Shown: positions 1 to 12,136, counted from the whole stretch's first letter. The stretch is 63,874 bases of DNA, filler included, from Barthelona sp. PAP020 (GCA_040182905.1; 10 parts of 10 records of this genome joined end to end with filler, not necessarily neighbours in it); one strand, 5' to 3'. Translations and numbers: made by a program. Notes: generated from the letters alone by a model not told the origin.

Positions 1-2746
1 TGGGATGTGAATTTTGAAGGAGGTGAGCATATTCTTCCGATGTTCTCTTGAGATGGTTTTTGTGAAAGGAACTTATTTTCCACTTGAATGCGTTGTTCCA
101 AAGGTTTTCGATGATATCAAAGAGAAAATCGGAGTTATCGATATTGAAGAAAAGACTTGATAGAAGGTTGATATTTTTCTCAAAGAACAAAACAAAGTTG
201 TCGATAGAACTCAAAGTTACAAGGACGGTCAATTGTTTTAGAAGTAGATTTTCTTTATTGCTGAGAAAATAGCCCTGCTTATTCAAAATGTCAATTCTTT
301 CGACAAAAAAATCGTCCAACACATTTGACTCAATCTCAAAAATTTGTTTTGCGCTAATTTCATTGAAAGACAGTACATTTTTGATAATCTTCCGAATGGT
401 GTTAGATATTGACGCAATTTCAAGAATGCGTTGTTCAGATTCAGAAACAATCGAAGAAAATGTGAACAACAACAAATTGTGGCCAACTTCGATAAATTGT
501 TGGCAACTATCAATTTGTTCTTGTTTGTTGCTATCAATAAAAGACAGCATTGTTAAAAGGCAATTCATGTAGGTGATTAATTCAAGACATTGAGAATCGC
601 TCTTGGAGTTCAGCACAATTGAGACTGGTAAATCTTTGAACAGCATTGAAATACCTGGATTTCTGCTATTTGGAAGCAAAACAACGGGGAACGCTGAAAA
701 TTTAGGTAAATCAATGAGTAGCAAAGTTTCATCGGCGACTATTGTCAATTTACCAAGTAAATCGGTCTGATACTTTGCTAAGAAAGGATTTAGTTGTGAT
801 AGAACAGAGAAAACCCATTTCTTGAACAGGCAATCATCAGCTATTAACAAGAATTTTGCAAGACTAACGACATTCATGTTGAATATACAAACAATATCCT
901 CAACGTTACTTTGAATGGGTTTGCAGCTCTCAAAAATTTCAAACTTTTCAAACTTTTCAAAAACCATTTTTTCCAAACCAATGCTTTTGAAGGCAAATCT
1001 TTTTGACATGCTTTCCAGCTTGCCATGTATTTCATAGAAATTCAAGTGCTGCAACGCGAGAGCTGTATTGAAACCGCCTGTGTTCAATAAACGACAGTTT
1101 CTCGCACAAATATTTGCTGCATTTCCGCTGTAACCCATGACATCATCAATAGCGATGTTATTTTTGACAATGATGCTGATCATTCCCACAATGTCAGAAT
1201 CACACGTCTCTTCAAACATGAGCAAGTCCAAAAAATGAGAAAAAAACCTGCAAAACATAGCCAGCGTGAACTGGGATAATGAATTCAGCAAAATTTCATT
1301 AATCACCTGGAAAAAATTTAACGAAAGGAACAAATCGTCAATGGTTTGATTGGCCATTGGCTGATTCACCAGCAGTTGAATGAGCAAGTATGCGCAATTC
1401 TGTTTAATGGCCTCGTTTGTCTTTGAACTCTGGCACAAAGACAGTATTTTATAAATGAAATGTCTCATGACTGTAGGCGTAAATAAAACTTGTTTCTGTG
1501 TTTCAAAATAAGATTTGGACGATTCAGCCAGAAGCAACAGAACCAAAGCAAGAACATACTCATCATCAACTTCCTCATTCGCAAAAACACTGAACAGCAC
1601 TGGAAAAATATGCTCATAACTCGTCACGCACTGAGGAAAAACCAACAGAACATTCAGCAAAAAGAGGATTGATTCTGAATTGAAAATCTCTCGCTCAATT
1701 TCTTCCAGGCATAGTCTCAGCAATCCCGTCTCCTGAATGATGTACATTGCCAACGGTTTGCTGTGCAGCACACATTTTCCCATCATCTTTACCACACTCC
1801 TGTGATTCTCACTCCCACTCACACTAAAAAGTCGCTTGAACCATTCAACAAACTGGCGTTTGCTTTCTTCTTCGGGATTGACAACATCAACCTCAAACGC
1901 CACACTGAGAGGATCTTGAGAGGTACCAAACATGGGAATGGGCAATTCAAACCCCATCCTGAGCCCCCATAGAAACTCCATGTCACTTGATGATGGGAAA
2001 CAACTGCCCAAAGAATATTCCAGTACATTGGAAATGGTCTGTGGGGATGAATTTAAAATATCAAGAATGTGGTCAGAAATTCCACACTCCCATAAATGAG
2101 CAATGATATCAGCAGAACAGGAACTCACGATCTTTCTCAAAATGGTTGTGCTCTGTAATTGTTGAGCAATGAGACTTGACCTGCTCAATCTCATCAATTC
2201 TCTTACAGTGTATCCAGCGGTTAACGGGGCGTCTCCGTGATTATAGAGTCCGCTTGAAGAAGAATAAACAGTTTCATGATCAATTATTTCTCCATTGAAT
2301 CCAAAGCGAATTTCACCAACACTTTCAGGAGCCTTTGGTAGGTCCTTTGTGGTAAGAGGTTTTGTCCATTGCAATTTTGACACATGATTCAGATCCTCTT
2401 TCAAATCAAAGGTCAAAGAATTGTCGGTTTTCATTTTTTCACGTTCTTGTTTCAGTTTTAGCTGCTCCTGTTGTCTGAGCTTAAATTTTGAAACCGATCT
2501 CGGCGCTAAACTGTTACTTTTCGTATCAAAAGACTTTGGTGGTGGAGGTATCGCATTGTCAAAATTCTCAACTATAGAAACATCCTTCAACACTTTACTG
2601 TGACTTGGTTGAGCTTCAATAACTGGAGCATGGTCAAATTTCGGAGTATGCTCTTTTTTCCGATAAACCCTTGTCGAAGGTTTTTGTTGCGATTGGAGAA
2701 ACTGTTGTTGCTCTCGTTCTTGCAAAAGAAACTCTAATTCATCCAT
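1..2746 (-). CDS. RPAP1: RNA polymerase II-associated protein 1 (RPAP1/Rba50/IYO) homolog, 3' end outside the window
   Basis: Missing from the ORF track, consistent with having no stop inside the window. Manual translation from ATG 2746 (checked to ~2100): MDELEFLLQE...KLQWTKPL...IRFGFNGE...GLYNHGDAPLTAGYTVRELMRLSRSSLIAQ, matching the RPAP1_C motif (RFDxxG...GLHHHG.xP..AGYT..EL..L.RS). Confidence 0.85.
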   Translation of the reverse strand, partial: MDELEFLLQEREQQQFLQSQQKPSTRVYRKKEHTPKFDHAPVIEAQPSHSKVLKDVSIVENFDNAIPPPPKSFDTKSNSLAPRSVSKFKLRQQEQLKLKQEREKMKTDNSLTFDLKEDLNHVSKLQWTKPLTTKDLPKAPESVGEIRFGFNGEIIDHETVYSSSSGLYNHGDAPLTAGYTVRELMRLSRSSLIAQQLQSTTILRKIVSSCSADIIAHLWECGISDHILDILNSSPQTISNVLEYSLGSCFPSSSDMEFLWGLRMGFELPIPMFGTSQDPLSVAFEVDVVNPEEESKRQFVEWFKRLFSVSGSENHRSVVKMMGKCVLHSKPLAMYIIQETGLLRLCLEEIEREIFNSESILFLLNVLLVFPQCVTSYEHIFPVLFSVFANEEVDDEYVLALVLLLLAESSKSYFETQKQVLFTPTVMRHFIYKILSLCQSSKTNEAIKQNCAYLLIQLLVNQPMANQTIDDLFLSLNFFQVINEILLNSLSQFTLAMFCRFFSHFLDLLMFEETCDSDIVGMISIIVKNNIAIDDVMGYSGNAANICARNCRLLNTGGFNTALALQHLNFYEIHGKLESMSKRFAFKSIGLEKMVFEKFEKFEIFESCKPIQSNVEDIVCIFNMNVVSLAKFLLIADDCLFKKWVFSVLSQLNPFLAKYQTDLLGKLTIVADETLLLIDLPKFSAFPVVLLPNSRNPGISMLFKDLPVSIVLNSKSDSQCLELITYMNCLLTMLSFIDSNKQEQIDSCQQFIEVGHNLLLFTFSSIVSESEQRILEIASISNTIRKIIKNVLSFNEISAKQIFEIESNVLDDFFVERIDILNKQGYFLSNKENLLLKQLTVLVTLSSIDNFVLFFEKNINLLSSLFFNIDNSDFLFDIIENLWNNAFKWKISSFHKNHLKRTSEEYAHLLQNSHP

Positions 2747-2809
2747 AAATAATAATAAAAAAGACAACAATATTTATCTCATTCACAAGGTGTACAATTT
2801 TTTGAATTC

Positions 2810-3175
2810 TCATTGACAAACAATAGAAGCATTATTTTCAATGTTGCAATCACAGATGCTAAGAGGATCTATCAAAGGAACACCATCACATATTAATTCC
2901 GTCGCCTCAAAAGAATAATCTTTCAGGAGAATGTATTTGATGTATTCAATTGTGTGTCCCTGATCAAATGTGTGTTCAATCGTTCGGTTGTTCGGTAACA
3001 ATAAATGCAATTGTATCGGCTCAGAACGTATAGCCTTATCTTCCTCTTCAAACATAAAAATTCCTTGCACTTCACTCTCTTCTAAAGTCGGATAGTCATG
3101 ATTTGATTCTTCAAATATTTCATTGTCAAAATCTCCAATGAGATCATCGTCATCATAATCGTTGTTATTGCTCAT
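2810..3175 (-). CDS. Small protein, acidic N-terminus plus C-terminal ubiquitin-like domain
   Basis: 121 aa; IQLHLLLPNNRTIEHTFDQGHTIEYIK...LICDGVPLIDPLSICDCNI has a beta-grasp pattern; no terminal GG. Confidence 0.6.
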   Translation of the reverse strand: MSNNNDYDDDDLIGDFDNEIFEESNHDYPTLEESEVQGIFMFEEEDKAIRSEPIQLHLLLPNNRTIEHTFDQGHTIEYIKYILLKDYSFEATELICDGVPLIDPLSICDCNIENNASIVCQ

Positions 3176-3348
3176 ATAGTCACAGAAATCAGTGCAAAAA
3201 AGAAAATTCGGTCAGGTTTTTTTTTTCTTCCAATCTTTTGCACAGATAAAATAATATCAGACATATAAATTATTTATTAAAGTTGGAAAAGCGAATTATT
3301 TTGAATGCATTAGTGTATTTTTTTTTTTGTTATCAACAAATAATTTTA

Positions 3349-5058
3349 ATGGGTCGAAAAACAAAAGCAAAAAAAAGTCAATTACAAGAGAAAAAAGAGT
3401 TTGATGTTAATTTAATACAAGATCCAATTGTTAAAGAGTATTATCTTAGTGATGATTTTCCTGAATTTGGAAAGCTGATTGTAGAAGAAAATTTAAAAGG
3501 TTTAATTGCTCAAACCAAGAATTTTTCATTCAATGATGTTTTTTTTGAACCATACAAAGATACTCCATTAATACTTGCATGTCGTGTTGGAAATTCAAAT
3601 ATTGTCAATTATTTATTGAGACGAAAAGCAGATCCAAACATGCTTAATCGTTTTGAAGAAGCGCCTCTTCATATTGCATCCAAAAATGATTTTTTAGTCG
3701 TGGCATTAAAATTAATTGCGGCAAAAGCAGAAGTAAATAAAGTTGATAATCAAGGGAAAACTGCTTTACATTTAGCTGTTGAAAAGGGAAATATAAATAT
3801 TGTGAAACTATTACTGAATACTCTTGGTTTAGGAATTGACATTCGAGATAACAATGGGTTTACTCCATTAAATATTGCTTTAACAACAAGAAATAAAGAA
3901 ATAATTCAATTATTCATCTTCAAATCTATTGATCATGTTCAAGCTGGATATCGTCCTGAAAAAGTGCCTACCCTCTTTGCAAATGGAAATATTATATATA
4001 AAAACAGGTTTTTGCAGCAATATTTTCTTGAATGTTGGGCAATTAAATGTCCGTTGATAATTGCTGTTGAAAATAACGATTTAGATATGATCGATTATTT
4101 AGTTGATAAAATTTTTGAAGTTGATTATGTTTCACCAAAAAATCCACAAACAGCAATGACCATAGCAGCAAAAAGGAAAAATTCAGCTGAAACAATTGAA
4201 TTTCTATTGAAAAAGGGTGCTAATATAAACTTACAAGCGAATCACTCAAACACTCCATTAATGGTAGCGTCAAATCATGGAATTATTGAAAATGTTGAAG
4301 TATTATTAAAAAACAATGCTTTGATCGATCTGGTCACCGAAGCAAAAATGTCAGCTTTACATATGGCTTGCCAAAAAGGTCATTTTTCTGTTATTCAAAA
4401 ATTGGTAGAATATGGGGCAAATATAAATTTGCTCAGTGAGGGTAACCTTTCTCCATTATGTTATGCTGTTCATAATGGTTCTTTGAAAATTATCAAATTT
4501 TTAATCAAAAATGGTGCTGATATCCATGTTGTGTTGCCTGAAACTGGACAATCTCTTTTATCACTTGCTGCAAATGCTGATAAACTTGAAATTCTTGAGT
4601 ATTTGTTGGATTTGGATTTAGATGGTAACCATATTGATAGGAATGGATTCACTCCAATGATGATTGCAAGTAAAAATGGAAATTCAGAGATGATAAGCTG
4701 TTTATTAGATGCAAATTGTGATCCTAACATGGAAACTAACAATGGGGAAACGGCTTTATTTATTGCATGTAAAGAAGGTCATCTGGAATGTGTAAAAACT
4801 ATTGTAGAAGGTGGTGGTAGTATTCATATAACAACAAAAGATGGATATTCACCATTAGGAGTTGCTGCTAGTAAAAGACGTGATGAAATTGCTGCTTTCC
4901 TTATTGATATTGGTGCCAAATTGGAGAGCGTAATCAAACCTTCAAAAAAGGTCACTCAAAAAACAGATAAAGAAGATCTTTTAGATGTTAATTTAATTCA
5001 TAAAGGTCAAACAGCATTGCATAGATTTTGTCCACCAGATTTATATCAGATAAATTAA
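3349..5058 (+). CDS. Ankyrin repeat protein
   Basis: Many TPLxxA/TALHxA..G repeats; likely start ATG 3349 (MGRKTK) after a poly-T leader. Confidence 0.9.
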   Translation: MGRKTKAKKSQLQEKKEFDVNLIQDPIVKEYYLSDDFPEFGKLIVEENLKGLIAQTKNFSFNDVFFEPYKDTPLILACRVGNSNIVNYLLRRKADPNMLNRFEEAPLHIASKNDFLVVALKLIAAKAEVNKVDNQGKTALHLAVEKGNINIVKLLLNTLGLGIDIRDNNGFTPLNIALTTRNKEIIQLFIFKSIDHVQAGYRPEKVPTLFANGNIIYKNRFLQQYFLECWAIKCPLIIAVENNDLDMIDYLVDKIFEVDYVSPKNPQTAMTIAAKRKNSAETIEFLLKKGANINLQANHSNTPLMVASNHGIIENVEVLLKNNALIDLVTEAKMSALHMACQKGHFSVIQKLVEYGANINLLSEGNLSPLCYAVHNGSLKIIKFLIKNGADIHVVLPETGQSLLSLAANADKLEILEYLLDLDLDGNHIDRNGFTPMMIASKNGNSEMISCLLDANCDPNMETNNGETALFIACKEGHLECVKTIVEGGGSIHITTKDGYSPLGVAASKRRDEIAAFLIDIGAKLESVIKPSKKVTQKTDKEDLLDVNLIHKGQTALHRFCPPDLYQIN

Positions 5059-5095
5059 ACAATTTTTTTTTTGATTATTTTTTCTTGTTAAAGGT

Positions 5096-6409
5096 ATGGA
5101 ATATCAATTCATACCCTCTTGTGAAATATTTGATTTTGCAACAATACCATTATCATCGAATTGTCAAATTAGTATTGAAGATTTAGAAAAATATTTTACT
5201 TATTTTGATTCCGCCAAGTGCACAATTACTGTTAATGATTGGAAGAGTTTTGCCAATAAGCATTTTTTCATGGATGAAAGTCTTAGTGAATTAATTTATC
5301 ATTTATATTGTTTTTCTTTTTTAGATTTACCTACAATTATTGATGAAGTTGAATTTGTCTCTTTTGGAATTTATTTATTCTGTTATTGCTTTCAAAATAC
5401 TTTAAAATCAAGTCCAAGAATGTTGGAAGCCATTTCTCCAAAAGAAACTTCTGGTTCTTTGACTTATTCACAGTTATTTTCAAGAGGCACTTTATTAAAA
5501 AAACGAGTTAATTTTATTCAAACGAATTTGTTCAAATTGTTTTCTTTCTTTGACCAAGAAACGCACCACTTGCTTTTTGACGAGTTGTCGAGCATTATAA
5601 TCAATCCTGATTCGAAAATTAAGGTGATTGATGCGATGCGAACGTTGAATTACAATTCGACGATTGATGAAAAGATTGGGTTTTTGGAGAGCCTTATTGT
5701 GCCTCACATTTCCCATTACCTGTGTGTTCATCGAGCCAATATTGTGAAAAAGTGCTTGCACTTTAACGATTGTATGTCTGATACTTTCATTGAGTTGTAT
5801 GATTGTCAACATTCACAATTTTATTTCACTTCCAGTGCTAAAGGATTGGTTTTATCACAATTGGATCATTGTACGGTCTATATTGGAGCAGCTAAATGGA
5901 TCTTGGTGGCACATTGTACAAACCTCCGATTAGTTGGTACTTGTCGTTCTCTTAGGATTCATTCTTCCAATGATTGTGATATTATGGTTCACACATCAAT
6001 TTTATCTCCAATATTGACAGGGAGAACTCACAATATTACATTTGAACCATTTAATTCTTCTCATTCAAGTATCGAAGCAGATATGTTGTCAAGTCACGTT
6101 AGTCCTATCACTGGCAATGGAACAGACAAAGAGAAAACAGATTGTCTCTGGAAAACCCCTCTTATAATTTCTCATTCATATTCTCCTCGCAGATCTAACC
6201 TCAAGAAACAACCTATATATAAAATCAAAGATCCCTCAAATCACACACCTTTCATTGTCCCATTCAGAGAAAATAGCAACGTTCCATTGTGTCCCATCGT
6301 ATTGCCATTAGAGTATCAAAAAGCAATTGAAAACAAATTGTTGTTATTGGACAACTTTAAAAACGAAAAAGGCCAGTTGTTTGAAAGCATCACTTCAAAG
6401 GTTGTGGAA
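5096..6409 (+). CDS. TBCCD1: TBCC domain-containing protein (TBCCD1-like), truncated at contig end
   Basis: C-CAP/TBCC beta-helix pattern: LYDCQHSQFYF...LDHCTVYIGA..ILVAHCTNLRLVGTCRSLRIHSSNDC...PILTG.THNITFEPFNS. Confidence 0.75.
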
Positions 6410-6509
6410 NNNNNNNNNNNNNNNNNNNNNNNNNNNNNNNNNNNNNNNNNNNNTTAATTAATTAANNNNNNNNNNNNNNNNNNNNNNNNNNNNNNNNNNN
6501 NNNNNNNNN
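6410..6509. other. Artificial contig linker (N44-TTAATTAATTAA-N44)
   Basis: Identical 100-nt linker with stops in all six frames; also at 12898-12997, 19353-19452, 25768-25867, 32182-32281, 38554-38653, 44894-44993, 51214-51313 and 57595-57694. Confidence 0.99.
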
Positions 6510-7949
6510 AGTTTCTTCTTGAATCTCTTCAATGTTGCTACTTTGTAACTCTTCAATATTTTGTAACTCTTCAACAGGTTCTTCAATTTCTTCAACCATA
6601 TCATCTTTATCAATTGAAGGAATATCAACAGAAATGTCAATTTCTTCTTGAGTCTCTTCAACGTTGTCAGCTTGTTCATTTGATTCAAACTTTATCATGG
6701 TTTGCTCAATTGCTTCCGTAACATTCAACGTATCTTCAACAGACACTTGACTCTCTTCAACCTCATCCACAACAATTTCAAGAGATTGTTGAGTAGTGTG
6801 TTTTTCTTCAACTTGCTCTTGATTATGTATGTGACGCTCATAAATTGATTCAAGATTTTCTCCAACAACTGACTCTTTGGAATCCTCAATGTCTGCAATT
6901 TGTTCCACAATAATTATTTCTGAATTCATGGAATCAACGTCCGAACCCTTTACCTTATCAAAATCCTTTATTTCTGCTACTGGTAAAGATGATGATGAAT
7001 CATGCTTAATTTGATTATGTTGAATTTGAAAATCTTCAAAAGCCTTAAAACTGACTTCCCAACCCCCATACATCTTCGAAATTGGAATCATTATTTCCTT
7101 GCAATAGTCAAATGACTGAGTTGCATTTTTTTGTTGCAAGGCAGTAAATAACCGCCTCAAAAATTGACCAATTGACTCAATATAGTAATGAAAAAGAATG
7201 CGTTCAAAAGAGCGATCATGCAACAGAGAATAGAGATTTCGATACAAAGCATGATAGAAAGAAACTGCTATAATAGACTGAAAATTCAAAATTACATTTT
7301 TTGAAACATTCATGTGTTTAGCAATGATTCTTTTGGCTTCCTTGACAGTGGTTTTTAACCGGTTATCTTTTTGAAAATCATCAAAGAGCGAATAGAAAGG
7401 TATTCCATTCAAAACCTCATTGTAGTGAATATTCTTGAAAATAACTTCCTCATAAGAAATTTCGTTCCAAGGTCCAGTCAATAATTGCCAATTGGAAATC
7501 TCCTCATTATGTGAGATCAATTTCAAATATTTCATTTCTATTCCATTAAGATTATCAGGCAAACGTTCAAGTGTATTTAAATAAGTACAAAACTCGAGCA
7601 TCAAATTTATATGTTGGGACAAATATGTTTCGTCAAAAAAAATGTTTAATATATTAAATCTATCAATATTCAAATTGATTGGTTTGTTAGAAGCATCAAA
7701 AAAAGCTTTCAAATTATAAATTAAAGAAATCAAAGAATGAAAAAAATCACACAAAAAATTTTTGTTTGTTGAAATAAATATGTTCGATGTTGGTATAATT
7801 ACTAAAAATAAATCTTCAATATTAATAAACTCTTTAAATTCAGTGAAAGGCAATGGTAAAAAAATTCGATTTGTTTGTTTTTGTTCCACTAAATCATTGA
7901 TGTAATGTAACCATTGTAAAGTAAAATCCAAAGGGTCCTTAATTAACAT
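6510..7949 (-). CDS. Hypothetical protein with acidic low-complexity C-terminal region, truncated at contig end
   Basis: About 480 open codons; helical N-terminal part and E-rich tail; no family recognised. Confidence 0.7.
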
Positions 7950-8512
7950 ATTACATCAAGTGTTACCAATATTTCACAAAAAAAAAATCTTCTTCTATTT
8001 TTACTCATCTCTTTGTGATTCCTTTCAAAACCGCTTTTATATTTTCAGACACATATTTATGATGGTAAAAGACAGTATAATTTACTTTTGAAAATGATTT
8101 ACATTTGACAAATTTTACATAGAAATCTAAGTTCATAACAAATTTTATCAGACAAAGAAGTAGAATTGTAGCAAAACTTGTTCTTTTGAAGTTTTTGCAA
8201 AAAAAAAAAAATTGACCCGCATACTTTATTAAGAAATCAATTTGTCAAATACAAATCGATATAAATATGGATAGTGTAAAAATAAGACTAAAAATTCAAA
8301 AGATATGCTTTAAAATATAAAAATAACAAAGAAATAAAATATTAGAAATATACATTGTGAATGTAAAATCATAAAAGTGTTGATGTCAATTCTGTTTTAT
8401 TAAAAAAGAAGTAATGTTTGAAAATAAACATAAATAAAAAAGAACGATAAATAAACATAAAACAGACTTGCTAACAAACAACAATAATAAACCTTGAGCA
8501 TTGGTGATCCAA

Positions 8513-8770
8513 TCATTCAATTTTTGCAACTATGCTATCCTTAGCTCTATTAATGGATTGAATATGTTTTCTTCTCAATCGCCTCCATTTCGCTATCATG
8601 CTTGAAATAATTTCATTCTGGGTCACATTCTTCCCCATTAAATCAATTTCTTGAATTTTAAATTCTGGAATAATAAATGGTGGATTTAGAAGATTTGCAT
8701 CTTCTTTTTCCTCAAAAATATTATCTAATATTATGCTCTGCATTATGTTTTCGTTTTCAGAAGAAATCAT
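8513..8770 (-). CDS. Hypothetical small protein
   Basis: 85-aa ATG ORF with protein-like composition in AT-rich surroundings. Confidence 0.5.
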   Translation of the reverse strand: MISSENENIMQSIILDNIFEEKEDANLLNPPFIIPEFKIQEIDLMGKNVTQNEIISSMIAKWRRLRRKHIQSINRAKDSIVAKIE

Positions 8771-9585
8771 TTGTTATTGGTAGAAAAAAAAGGTGTGTTT
8801 CTCATTGTGGGGAAGAAATAAGAAATTCTCAATTTTTATTGTTGTGATTTTGAATGTCCTTATTCTTTTAAATATGTAATTGAACTGTTTATAATATATA
8901 TTAAAAAGATGAATTTCTTTTCAATGTTAATGATAAAAATACAATTGACAATTCGTAATTTTAAATTATGTTGTGTTTTGTTTGTTTCAAAGTTTTAAAT
9001 TCATTTACCACCTGAAACTCTCAATAAAAAGTGTTGAACACCAATTTTTCCCCAATTTTTCCAACTTGATCGATAAAATTGAATTTTTGCTTTTCATGTA
9101 CCACTTTTTTCATTTGGCTAAAAGAAATCACAGTGAATTTCTCAGTTTTTTTCCACAATTTAGGAGATTTTTGTGACCTATAGAGGAACCTGCTTGTCAA
9201 AATAGTTTTTTAAAGTAAAACACTGAATTCATGAAGATTTTTGAATTATTTTTTTATTGAAATGTATAAACCGGACATATTTTAACTTTTCAAACATATC
9301 CAGTCAATCCAATCAAGGTTTTTCCTTGAAAAATTTCCAATGAAATGAGTTTCCCTCAAGCAAGGATGCTTATCAAAAATTGTTATTGTTTTGGTTTCAT
9401 TTGGTTAATAAATAATTAAGTTGTTATTACATATTTATCCACTCTAACAGGAAAGGAAAGAACAATTTAAAAATGAATTATGTGATTAAAAAGCGTTTTA
9501 CATTTACATACAAATTGAAACATGAAGTATCAAGGCTAAACATTTGCACATTGGGAAGCAAACAAAAACATAATGCCATGTTCTA

Positions 9586-11631
9586 CTAGTCAGAAGCAAT
9601 AAATTCTTGAATGGGTGCATTATTTGTACCATTGAAACCACTGCACAACAAACGAATTCCATCATGATTGAGGGACATGGCCCAAATATTAAAACTCACA
9701 CCCACTTTTTGCAGCACTTGACCTGTTTCTCTGCGAATAACAGCAAATGATGAATCATCAGAACCAGAATAGATCAATGAACCATCTTGGGAGAAGATAA
9801 TAGAGGATATCCAACTATTATGAACCTTATACTTTCCCACCAACTCTCTAGATTCAACATCAAATACTCTAACTACTCCACTGCAATCACCTGTTGCCCA
9901 AAAAGAACTATCAGGTGAAAAGTTGCCTGATTTAACATCCTTTCCATCATGACTCCAATTGTGAAGCTCTTCATACGTCTCCAATGAAAACAATTTTGAA
10001 GATTCATCATATTGGCCGGAAGCAAAGTACTTCATATTGGGGGAGACACATACAAAATTGACAGAACAATTATGTGCTCGAAATTCATGCAACAACTGAC
10101 CTTCGACCGTGTATATGACAATGTGACCACCATCCAGGCCAAAAAAAAGCAATTTACTGTCTGGTGAAAACCTTAAAGGTCCTACACTCCATGGCACATT
10201 CGAATCCGAAAGCCTAATATGCTTAATTACTCTTAGTATTTTCCACGTATCAACCTCAATAATACAAATTGTTGAGTTTGATTGAACAGTCAATAATTTG
10301 GAGTCTGGACTGAAATTGAGACCCCGCGCTACCACACAATCTTCTTCAAACACAATTTCATGTGTTTCAGTGTTGTACACTCTCAGTAATTTTTCACAAT
10401 ATCCTGGTGAAACCGCAAAAAACCGTCCATCTGAGCTGTAATCAAGGGCATATACCCATTTATCAGGAGTTTTCTGACAAAAAATAGGCTTTTCTTCAAA
10501 CCTTTCGACTGCACGAACAATTTGCTTTCTATTTTCAACAGATTGTCTTATATCATTGTTATTCCTGAGTTCATTCAATTGGTTGGTCAAATGATCCACT
10601 TGGCTTATCAATTCTCTAACCCTTTCTTCATATCCCCTTTTCTCCAAAAGCAAACTTTTGTTTTCCTCTTCCAAAGTTGCAACTCTCTTCACCAACCGCT
10701 TTTCATCAAATCCTAATCCCTCGAAACGCTCAATTAACATCTCTAAATATTCCTTAATTTCGCTGAATGTTGGCCTTGCAGCTGGTTCAACAGTCAAACA
10801 CTTCTTAATAATTCCAAATCCAGGTATTGTGTCCAACAATTCCTTGCTATATGGAAGTTGCCCCCTACTCAATTTTACAGCAACTTGAAAGTCAGATAAT
10901 CCGTCAAATGGAACAAACCCAGAAATGACTTGAGTCAGCATAACCCCAAATGACCAAACATCTGCAGGCATGGCTTTAATAACTTCTGATTCATCGGCCA
11001 ATTCAGGAGCCACGTATCTTATAGCTCCCATCATTGAATTGGCCGAACTTCTACTGGCATCACGAACAAGCCCAAAATCAGCAATTGCAGGTGTATATAC
11101 ACCATTAGCATCACGTCTCAGCAAAATATTGTTTGGCTTAAGATCCCTATGCATTACCCCTTTTCTGTGGCAAAATTCAAGCGCAGACGAAACCTGCATC
11201 ATGATAATCAACTTCTCCTTCAAAGACAATTCAGGTATCATTTCTTCAAGAACGGCATCACAATATTCCATTACTATACCTTTTTTATATTCAATCTCAG
11301 TTACTCCAAATACTTGACGAATAAATGGATGATCCAACACCATTGCAAAACATTCGCGATCAAGGTCATCTTTTTCAATCTTTCCTATGAAAAATTTAAT
11401 TATCACCAATTTTCCAAATCGTTTGGCAAGATGTAAGTAGCTACCACTACCTAGTGCAACATTACTTTCTACTATTTCAAACTCAATTCCAGGAATATTA
11501 AAGTTGTTTGATTTCAAAAAATTATCCAATTTTTCAAAAGCATCTTCGTCTGGTTCTTCAACAATTTTTCTACGTTTCTTTGCACGTTGTTTTAGTTCAT
11601 ATGATCCTTGATTTTCTTCAAAGGTGAACAT
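9586..11631 (-). CDS. Protein kinase (TKL-like) - coiled coil - WD40 repeat fusion
   Basis: LGSGSY, IIK, HRDLKPNNILL, ADFG, YVAPE, DVWSFG; coiled coil; about 7 WD40 blades (FSPDSK, HNSWISSIIFSQDGSLIYSGSDD). Confidence 0.9.
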   Translation of the reverse strand: MFTFEENQGSYELKQRAKKRRKIVEEPDEDAFEKLDNFLKSNNFNIPGIEFEIVESNVALGSGSYLHLAKRFGKLVIIKFFIGKIEKDDLDRECFAMVLDHPFIRQVFGVTEIEYKKGIVMEYCDAVLEEMIPELSLKEKLIIMMQVSSALEFCHRKGVMHRDLKPNNILLRRDANGVYTPAIADFGLVRDASRSSANSMMGAIRYVAPELADESEVIKAMPADVWSFGVMLTQVISGFVPFDGLSDFQVAVKLSRGQLPYSKELLDTIPGFGIIKKCLTVEPAARPTFSEIKEYLEMLIERFEGLGFDEKRLVKRVATLEEENKSLLLEKRGYEERVRELISQVDHLTNQLNELRNNNDIRQSVENRKQIVRAVERFEEKPIFCQKTPDKWVYALDYSSDGRFFAVSPGYCEKLLRVYNTETHEIVFEEDCVVARGLNFSPDSKLLTVQSNSTICIIEVDTWKILRVIKHIRLSDSNVPWSVGPLRFSPDSKLLFFGLDGGHIVIYTVEGQLLHEFRAHNCSVNFVCVSPNMKYFASGQYDESSKLFSLETYEELHNWSHDGKDVKSGNFSPDSSFWATGDCSGVVRVFDVESRELVGKYKVHNSWISSIIFSQDGSLIYSGSDDSSFAVIRRETGQVLQKVGVSFNIWAMSLNHDGIRLLCSGFNGTNNAPIQEFIASD

Positions 11632-12136
11632 AAGAAAATACGAAACGAAATGAAAAAACAGTCAATTTTTTTCAATCATAATATTTTTCTAGCCTTCTTG
11701 AAAAATTTGGCTTTTTTTGTCCTATTTAGGAGGTTAATGCAATAAGAAGAAGTGGTATTTGTTATTTACCCAAAAGAGACTTTTTTAAAAAGAATCTGAT
11801 ATCTTTGATTCCAAATTACCCAACATGTGCTTCCCTTTGATAATGGATGTGCACTACCAATAAATTAAACTTTTTTGATCTCTTTCAGTCGTATAATAAC
11901 AACAGACCTGATGAATAAAGGATAAGTTGATAGAGCTCAATTATTAAAGTTGATGAAATGAAAATTGTCAAGGGGGCAACCCAACCTTTTATAATTTGAT
12001 AAAATACTGAATAATTTGAAAAAGAAGGACAACTCACCTTGAAAGCTTACAGTTCATTCAACATGATATTCATTATGTAATTAGTATCAAGACTTCAATG
12101 ATTTATTGGAACTTTAGATTTCAAATGTAAAGTTAC

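Noticed and set aside
84..2603. Short ORFs suggesting a pseudogene or alternative genetic code
   Set aside because: Explained by one long minus-strand RPAP1 frame; TAA, TAG and TGA all end recognisable genes at expected positions elsewhere.
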